Source: an uncultured candidate division Zixibacteria bacterium
GTDB taxonomy: Bacteria; Zixibacteria; MSB-5A5; RBG-16-43-9
DNA: 64,000 bases
Assembly (NCBI GenBank): GCA_963713865.1
Contig: OY970208.1
Coordinates: forward strand, 352,001 to 416,000
Direction: 5' to 3'
Made by a program: the position numbers and the translations under genes. The notes under the pieces are model-generated. The model was given only the letters and a program-made list of their open reading frames with translations. It did not search any database and was not told where the DNA came from. Every line of letters starts with the position of its first letter. Within the stretch, counting starts at the first letter, position 1. Positions 58,686-64,000 of the stretch are shown here, piece after piece.

Positions 58686-60212
58686 GTGAAAAAACTAACT
58701 TGGCTACTCGGAGTAACTGTGTTAGTTCTTACATTGAGCGTTGTTTCATACCCCATCGAGATGAAGGGTATGGTTGGATTGGGGGCTCACGGTGGATTGT
58801 GGAAACCGGTCCTGACTGACCATTCAGACTTTTGGACAGTGGGGTTTGACGGCGGCGCTACTTTGAAGTACGGTATTCTGAAAAACTTAGCCATTGGTGT
58901 GACCGGAACTTACTTAATTACTTGGGAGGCAAAGCTGGACACAGAATCCAAGCTGAGCGATGGAGCGAAATTCACTTTCTCTAAGGCAGATAATGCAGCG
59001 AAGAATCAGCATATGATAATTGAGGCAGCTGCCTATTACTATTTTCTGCCGGATAAGAAATTCACTCCTTACATTTTCGGAGGCGGTGGTATAGACATCT
59101 GGAAGTGGAAAGACTATAATGGAGATCCAGTGTATTTTAAACCGGAAACTTCAGGTCTGGCAGATTCGGTTGAGATAAAAGACCAGGAGATCACGGCTTT
59201 AGCAGGAGCAGGTATTGAATATTATCCTACACCGCAAGTGGGCATTAATATCGGCGCCAAATTCCATTACCTGACCCATCTTCTGACAAGTTTTAAAAAT
59301 GACAAGAAAATCGTGGGAACGGGTGTCAATCAGTTAGACCTTCCCAAAGGGATTGTAGAGGCTTTTGTAGGGATAAATTACTATCTGGGGAAACCAAAGG
59401 ATACAGATAAGGATGGAGTACCAGAGAAGACCGATCAGTGTCCTGATACTCCCTTAGGATGCCTGGTAGATGCCAATGGTTGTCCACTGGATGCGGATAA
59501 CGATGGGATCTGCGATGGCTTAGACAAATGCCCGGGGACTCCCAAAGGGTGTAAGGTAGATGCCACTGGCTGTCCCACGGATGCAGATGCTGATGGTGTT
59601 TGCGATGGCTTGGATAAGTGTCCAGATACTCCCAAAGGGATAAAAGTAGATGCAATGGGCTGTCCGTTGGATGCAGATGCAGATGGTGTACCTGATTATA
59701 AAGACAAGTGTGCTGACACTCCCAAAGCCTGCAAGGTAGATGAAAATGGTTGCCCCGTTGATTCAGATAAGGATGGTGTTTGTAATGGAATGGATAAATG
59801 TCCCGATACTCCGGCCGGCAAAAAAGTTGATGCTACCGGCTGTCCTATCTCTGAGTTTATACCTGAGCCGGAGAAACCAGTGGTTCTGCACGGTGTCAAC
59901 TTTGAGTTCAATAAATCTTTACTGACTACCGGATCTAAGACCATCTTAGACCAGGTAGCATCTAGTTTGATAGATCGGCCGGATGTTAAGGTGGAAATCG
60001 GTGGACACACTGACTCCAAAGGATCAGATGCATACAACCTTAAGCTCTCTAATGCACGAGCCGATGCAGTGAAGCAATACTTGCTCAGTAAGGGAGTCAA
60101 AGCTGACAACCTGACAGCTAAGGGTTACGGGGAAACCCAACCCATCGCGGACAACAAAACCGATGAGGGCCGTGCTGAAAACCGAAGAGTAGAGCTGAAG
60201 CGGATTCAGTAA
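58686..60212 (+). CDS. OmpA-family outer membrane protein with beta-barrel, thrombospondin type-3 repeats and OmpA C-terminal domain
   Basis: Signal peptide, repeated DxDxDGVxDxxDKCPxTP, GHTD, NLKLS..RA, NRRVE. Confidence 0.92.
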   Translation: MKKLTWLLGVTVLVLTLSVVSYPIEMKGMVGLGAHGGLWKPVLTDHSDFWTVGFDGGATLKYGILKNLAIGVTGTYLITWEAKLDTESKLSDGAKFTFSKADNAAKNQHMIIEAAAYYYFLPDKKFTPYIFGGGGIDIWKWKDYNGDPVYFKPETSGLADSVEIKDQEITALAGAGIEYYPTPQVGINIGAKFHYLTHLLTSFKNDKKIVGTGVNQLDLPKGIVEAFVGINYYLGKPKDTDKDGVPEKTDQCPDTPLGCLVDANGCPLDADNDGICDGLDKCPGTPKGCKVDATGCPTDADADGVCDGLDKCPDTPKGIKVDAMGCPLDADADGVPDYKDKCADTPKACKVDENGCPVDSDKDGVCNGMDKCPDTPAGKKVDATGCPISEFIPEPEKPVVLHGVNFEFNKSLLTTGSKTILDQVASSLIDRPDVKVEIGGHTDSKGSDAYNLKLSNARADAVKQYLLSKGVKADNLTAKGYGETQPIADNKTDEGRAENRRVELKRIQ

Positions 60213-60269
60213 GACCGCAGAATCATAGAACAGAGATCATCCAGAAGTGTGGTCTATGTGGAGAGAGGA

Positions 60270-60302
60270 GAAGGGCATCCAGTAGATGCCCTTCCTTTTT
60301 TC
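60270..60302 (+). terminator. Rho-independent terminator
   Basis: GAAGGGCATC-cagta-GATGCCCTTC followed by a T run. Confidence 0.8.
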
Positions 60303-60454
60303 TATAACTTTTTCTCTTTGGATTTTTCACAGAAAAAAGCGAGTTCTTTTTAAAATGAATTTCTGCATAATTGATGAAGGGGGTGATACCCAAAAGAAAA
60401 ATTATTTTAAATTTTAGCAATTATAAACTTAAAACTTTAACAGGAGGTAAGAAG

Positions 60455-61966
60455 GTGAAAAAACTTACCTGGCTATTCGGGGTAACAGTGTTAGTTCTTG
60501 CGCTGAGCGTTGCATCATACCCTATGGAGATGAAAGGTATGGTTGGATTGGGGGCGCATGGGGGTCTGTGGAAACCGGTCTTGACCGATCACTCTGATTT
60601 ATGGATTGTAGGACCCCAAGGCGGGGTTACTCTTAAATATGGTATTCTGAAGAACTTAGCCATTGGTGTAACTGGTACCTATGCTTATACCTGGCAGGCA
60701 AAGCTGGAAGGAAGTAAAATAGAAGATGGAGCTGGGTTTACCTTCTCCAAAGCCGATAGTGCTATGACCTTTGAGAATATAATGATCGATGTAGCTGCCT
60801 ATTACTATTTTATGCCCGAGAAGAAATACACCCCCTATGTCTTTGGAGGTGGTGGAATCTCTATATGGAAATGGAAAAACTTTAAAGGTGAACCTCTGAC
60901 TTTCCCAACTAAAAATTATGCCACTGATTCTACTACCTTTGAGATAAAAGATCAGGAGATAACTGCTTTAGTGGGTGTAGGTGTTGAGTGGTATCCCATA
61001 GAGAATCTGGGTATAAATATCGGTGGTAAGTTCCATTATTTAACCCGTCTTCTGACTAGTTTTACAGATAATAAAGATATGGTTGGTACAGAAGCTGGTG
61101 AATTAGACCTACCCAGAGGGATTCCAGAAGCTTTTGTGGGGATAAATTACTATTTTGGAAAACCAAAGGATACAGATAAGGATGGAGTGCCAGATAAAAT
61201 TGACCAGTGTCCGGACACACCTTTGGGCTGTTTGGTGGATGCCAACGGTTGTCCCACCGATGCGGATAACGATGGGATTTGCGATGGTTTGGATAAATGC
61301 CCGGATACTCCCAAAGGTTGTAAGGTGGATGCAACTGGATGCCCGACAGATGCGGATGCCGACGGTGTTTGCGATGGATTGGATAAGTGTGCTGATACTC
61401 CCAAAGGGGTAAAGGTAGATGCCACAGGTTGTCCGCTGGATGCAGATGAAGATGGAATACCCGATTTCAAGGATAAGTGCCCGGATACTCCTAAGGGATG
61501 TAAGGTGGATGAAACTGGTTGTCTCACAGATTCAGATAAAGATGGTGTTTGTGATGGTTTGGATAAATGCCCGGATACCCCGGCTGGAATAGAGGTTGAT
61601 GCTACTGGTTGTCCAAAGGTAAAACCAATTGAGCAGAAGATAACTCTGCATATAGTTTATAAGCCAGGAAGCGCAGAGATCGATGAGGCTAACAAAGCAA
61701 TTTTAGATGATCTGGCTTCCAGGCTTGCGACTTATAAGGATGTAAAGATCGAGGTGGGTGGTTATACCGATAATACTGGAACCGCAACTGCCAATAAGAA
61801 GCTTTCACAGAAGAGAGCAGATAAGGTTACTGATTATCTCATCTCCAAGGGAATAGAGAAAGATAGAATAACCTCGGTGGGTTACGGTGCAACTAATTTC
61901 ATAGCAGACAATGGAACCGAAGAAGGAAGACAGCAGAACCGCAGAGTGGAAATCATCCAGAAGTAG
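60455..61966 (+). CDS. OmpA-family/TSP3 protein, tandem paralog
   Basis: GTG start at 60455 after AGGAGG; N-terminus nearly identical to 58686; GYTD, NRRVE. Confidence 0.92.
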   Translation: MKKLTWLFGVTVLVLALSVASYPMEMKGMVGLGAHGGLWKPVLTDHSDLWIVGPQGGVTLKYGILKNLAIGVTGTYAYTWQAKLEGSKIEDGAGFTFSKADSAMTFENIMIDVAAYYYFMPEKKYTPYVFGGGGISIWKWKNFKGEPLTFPTKNYATDSTTFEIKDQEITALVGVGVEWYPIENLGINIGGKFHYLTRLLTSFTDNKDMVGTEAGELDLPRGIPEAFVGINYYFGKPKDTDKDGVPDKIDQCPDTPLGCLVDANGCPTDADNDGICDGLDKCPDTPKGCKVDATGCPTDADADGVCDGLDKCADTPKGVKVDATGCPLDADEDGIPDFKDKCPDTPKGCKVDETGCLTDSDKDGVCDGLDKCPDTPAGIEVDATGCPKVKPIEQKITLHIVYKPGSAEIDEANKAILDDLASRLATYKDVKIEVGGYTDNTGTATANKKLSQKRADKVTDYLISKGIEKDRITSVGYGATNFIADNGTEEGRQQNRRVEIIQK

Positions 61967-61990
61967 TTATCTTTCTTCTAAATGATTTAT

Positions 61991-62017
61991 GTAGGGGCGG
62001 GGTAATCCCGCCCCTAC
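61991..62017. repeat. GTAG-family REP palindrome overlapping the mazG stop codon
   Basis: GTAGGGGCGGG-GTAAT-CCCGCCCCTAC. Confidence 0.75.
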
Positions 62018-62823
62018 TTTTTTTTATACTTTTTCCCGAATTTGAATCCTGTGGACTTGGATTTTTCCCATAGAAAATCGAGCTCTTTTAAGCTGGTTTC
62101 CTTAAGAGACTTTTTGCTTCTGGACAGTTCTTCCTCAATAAAATTAAATCTCTTCATAAATTTTTTTACAGTCCTTCTTAAGGCAAGCTCAGGATTTATC
62201 TTAAGGTGTCGGGATAAATTTACCAGGGTGAAGAAGATGTCACCTAATTCTTCTTCGATTTTCTTCTTGTTTTTAGAGCGGTAAGCTTTTTTGAACTCAT
62301 TCAATTCCTCATTTAACTTAGGCAAAATATCTACACTTCTCTGCCAGTCAAAACCATACCTCCCCACTTTTTCCCCAACCCGGTAAGCTTTTAGTAAAGC
62401 AGGGAAAATCTCAGGTATCCCGGATAAGACCGATTTGTTTTCTGTTGTGGCAAGTTTTATATGTTCCCAGTTTTTTATCACCTGGTCAGGAGATAGCTTT
62501 TTCTTTTTTTTGAAAACGTGCGGATGCCTTTGAATAAGCTTAGTTCTCAGATTATTAATCACCTCAAAGATATCAAACCTTTTTTGCTCTCTGGCTATTT
62601 CCGAGTGAAAGATAATCTGCAAAAGTAAATCTCCCAATTCTTCTTTGAATTTGAGATCATCCTTTTTCTCCGCTGAGTCCAGGACCTCATAAGCTTCTTC
62701 TAACAGATAAGGGAGAAGAGAGCTATGGGTCTGAGCCCTGTCCCAGGGACATCCTTTTTTTGAGCGGAGAAGGCTCATCAGGTTGACTAACTGGTTGAAA
62801 CTTTCGGAATCTTTTTTCTTCAC
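62014..62823 (-). CDS. mazG: Nucleoside triphosphate pyrophosphohydrolase
   Basis: GCPWD, EEAYEV, EELGDLLLQ, RHPHVF, GFDW, second EELGD. Confidence 0.95.
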   Translation of the reverse strand: MKKKDSESFNQLVNLMSLLRSKKGCPWDRAQTHSSLLPYLLEEAYEVLDSAEKKDDLKFKEELGDLLLQIIFHSEIAREQKRFDIFEVINNLRTKLIQRHPHVFKKKKKLSPDQVIKNWEHIKLATTENKSVLSGIPEIFPALLKAYRVGEKVGRYGFDWQRSVDILPKLNEELNEFKKAYRSKNKKKIEEELGDIFFTLVNLSRHLKINPELALRRTVKKFMKRFNFIEEELSRSKKSLKETSLKELDFLWEKSKSTGFKFGKKYKKK

Positions 62824-62921
62824 AGGTTTGCCTTTCGAATAATTTTCATATTGTAATTCAAATTACATTCCTAGATAATAAAATAAAAACAGGTGCTGAA
62901 ATCTATAAGTTTTTTACGAAG

Positions 62922-63065
62922 GTAGGGGTTAGATTTATCAAACCCAAAATTGTGACGGGTTTGATGAATCAAGCCCTTATAGGTTAGTCTGTAGTCTGTA
63001 GGGGCAGACCCCCGTGTCTGCCCCGATGATTTTAGATGTAGGGGTTCAAAATATTGAACCCCTAC
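62922..63065. repeat. Cluster of GTAG-family REP-like palindromes
   Basis: GTAGGGGTTAGATTTATCAAACCC, GGGTTTGATGAATCAAGCCC, GTAGGGGCAGAC...GTCTGCCCC and GTAGGGGTTCAA-AATA-TTGAACCCCTAC. Confidence 0.75.
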
Positions 63066-63143
63066 AATTTAGATACTCCAAGATATTTAGGACAGTATCC
63101 CGTCTAGAGAGCAAAGCAAGATTACCAATTAGATTACAAAAAA

Positions 63144-64000
63144 TTAAGTCCGGAAAAGAACCTGCTCTTTTTCAAAAAGCCAGCGGGTGATTAAAATCGC
63201 CAGACCAGCATATAAAGCAGTGCTTAAGAAGATAAGCCCGATATACCCCCAATTATAGGTCCCCAAAAGAATCTGCTTCAAAGCCAAGCTGATATTGATA
63301 ATCGGTATAAATGCCATCCCCACTGATAATTCCAGCCCTGGTAAAAAGGAAGCCATAGCTGGCATTATTATAATTATGAGCAAAGGGGAAATGTAACTCT
63401 GAGCTTCTTTATAAGATTTAGCGAAAATGGATAAGGAAAGCAAAATCGAGCTTGCCAGACAACAATAGGGAATTATAAGTAAGAACAGAACCAAAATGGA
63501 AAGAGGACTGACGAATAAAATTGCCTCTTTACCTATCTCTCCTGCCTCCTTGAATTTTGCAAAACTTGTTCCAGCACTTATGACCATACTGACTGTAGAA
63601 ACAATAGCGGTGACTAAAGAGGCCGTGAAAACAGCTAAGAACTTACCTGAGGAAATCTCACCTCGAGAAGCTGGTGAAACTAAAAGGGTCTCCAGTGTTC
63701 CTCTTTCCTTCTCACCGGCAGTCAAATCAATTGCCGGATACATCGCCCCGGTCAAAGCCATAATCATAATCATATAGGGTAAAAACATCGATAAGAAAAA
63801 CCCTCCCATTTTCTCTTTGGAAGCCAGATTTTCCATTTTGATTTTTACCGGGTGAAGCAGTGATCTATCAACATTTCGATCTTTTAACCTTTCGGTAACC
63901 ACGCTGTCCTGAAAAACTTTTAAAATATTGCCCAACTTATCTGAAGCCATATCCGATTGGATCTCAGCCTTGTCAAAGTAGATTTTAACCTGAGCCGAGT
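63144..64000 (-). CDS. NatB-like ABC permease (5' end beyond the window)
   Basis: AIDLTAGEKERGTLETLLVSP, GKF, AKSYKEAQ; frame open to the window end. Confidence 0.88.
   Translation of the reverse strand, partial: SAQVKIYFDKAEIQSDMASDKLGNILKVFQDSVVTERLKDRNVDRSLLHPVKIKMENLASKEKMGGFFLSMFLPYMIMIMALTGAMYPAIDLTAGEKERGTLETLLVSPASRGEISSGKFLAVFTASLVTAIVSTVSMVISAGTSFAKFKEAGEIGKEAILFVSPLSILVLFLLIIPYCCLASSILLSLSIFAKSYKEAQSYISPLLIIIIMPAMASFLPGLELSVGMAFIPIINISLALKQILLGTYNWGYIGLIFLSTALYAGLAILITRWLFEKEQVLFRT

Noticed and set aside
59395-59850. Periodic DNA repeats as a possible CRISPR array (also 61165-61615)
   Set aside because: They are coding TSP3 repeats with synonymous variation and no unique spacers.
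1335-63777. Many short antisense or alternate-frame ORFs in the track (e.g. 3519-3890, 23214-23861, 24888-25268, 59696-60109)
   Set aside because: They are shadows of well-supported genes and have no RBS or recognisable motifs.

Overview
This is an AT-rich bacterial chromosome segment. The C-terminal dockerin-like GDxNxD..VSDVVYLIxYLFKGGPPP domain and the gene content suggest candidate phylum Zixibacteria or a related anaerobe (inference). In order, the window holds: (1) a minus-strand block with an M23 peptidase, DUF523, an ECF sigma/anti-sigma pair, a catalytically degenerate HtrA-like protein, trans-sulfuration genes, a YHS protein and an HtrA protease; (2) a second ECF sigma operon and a 1524-aa nested-domain secreted protein; (3) the most novel locus, at 15.7-17.4 kb, where a membrane-anchored CxxC thioredoxin-fold gene is followed by three tiny signal-peptide-bearing genes (one missing from the ORF track) whose predicted mature products are 21-34 aa Cys-rich peptides sharing a C-x3-C-x7-C-x3-C core; (4) fur-feoA separated from feoB by about 14 kb of metal/Fe-S genes, including a probable FmdB-family selenoprotein with a SECIS-like hairpin, an octaheme cytochrome, decayed paralogs and three attC-like sites without an integrase; (5) housekeeping genes (truA, tal, purB, psd, pssA, purS, purQ) with an inserted type IIG restriction-modification gene; (6) cstA, a diguanylate cyclase, nagZ-anmK-spoIID, tandem OmpA/TSP3 genes, mazG and a partial ABC permease. 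Four genes carry single frameshifts, which may be assembly errors. No rRNA, tRNA or CRISPR array was recognised. All product calls come from motif recognition by eye, not from database searches.
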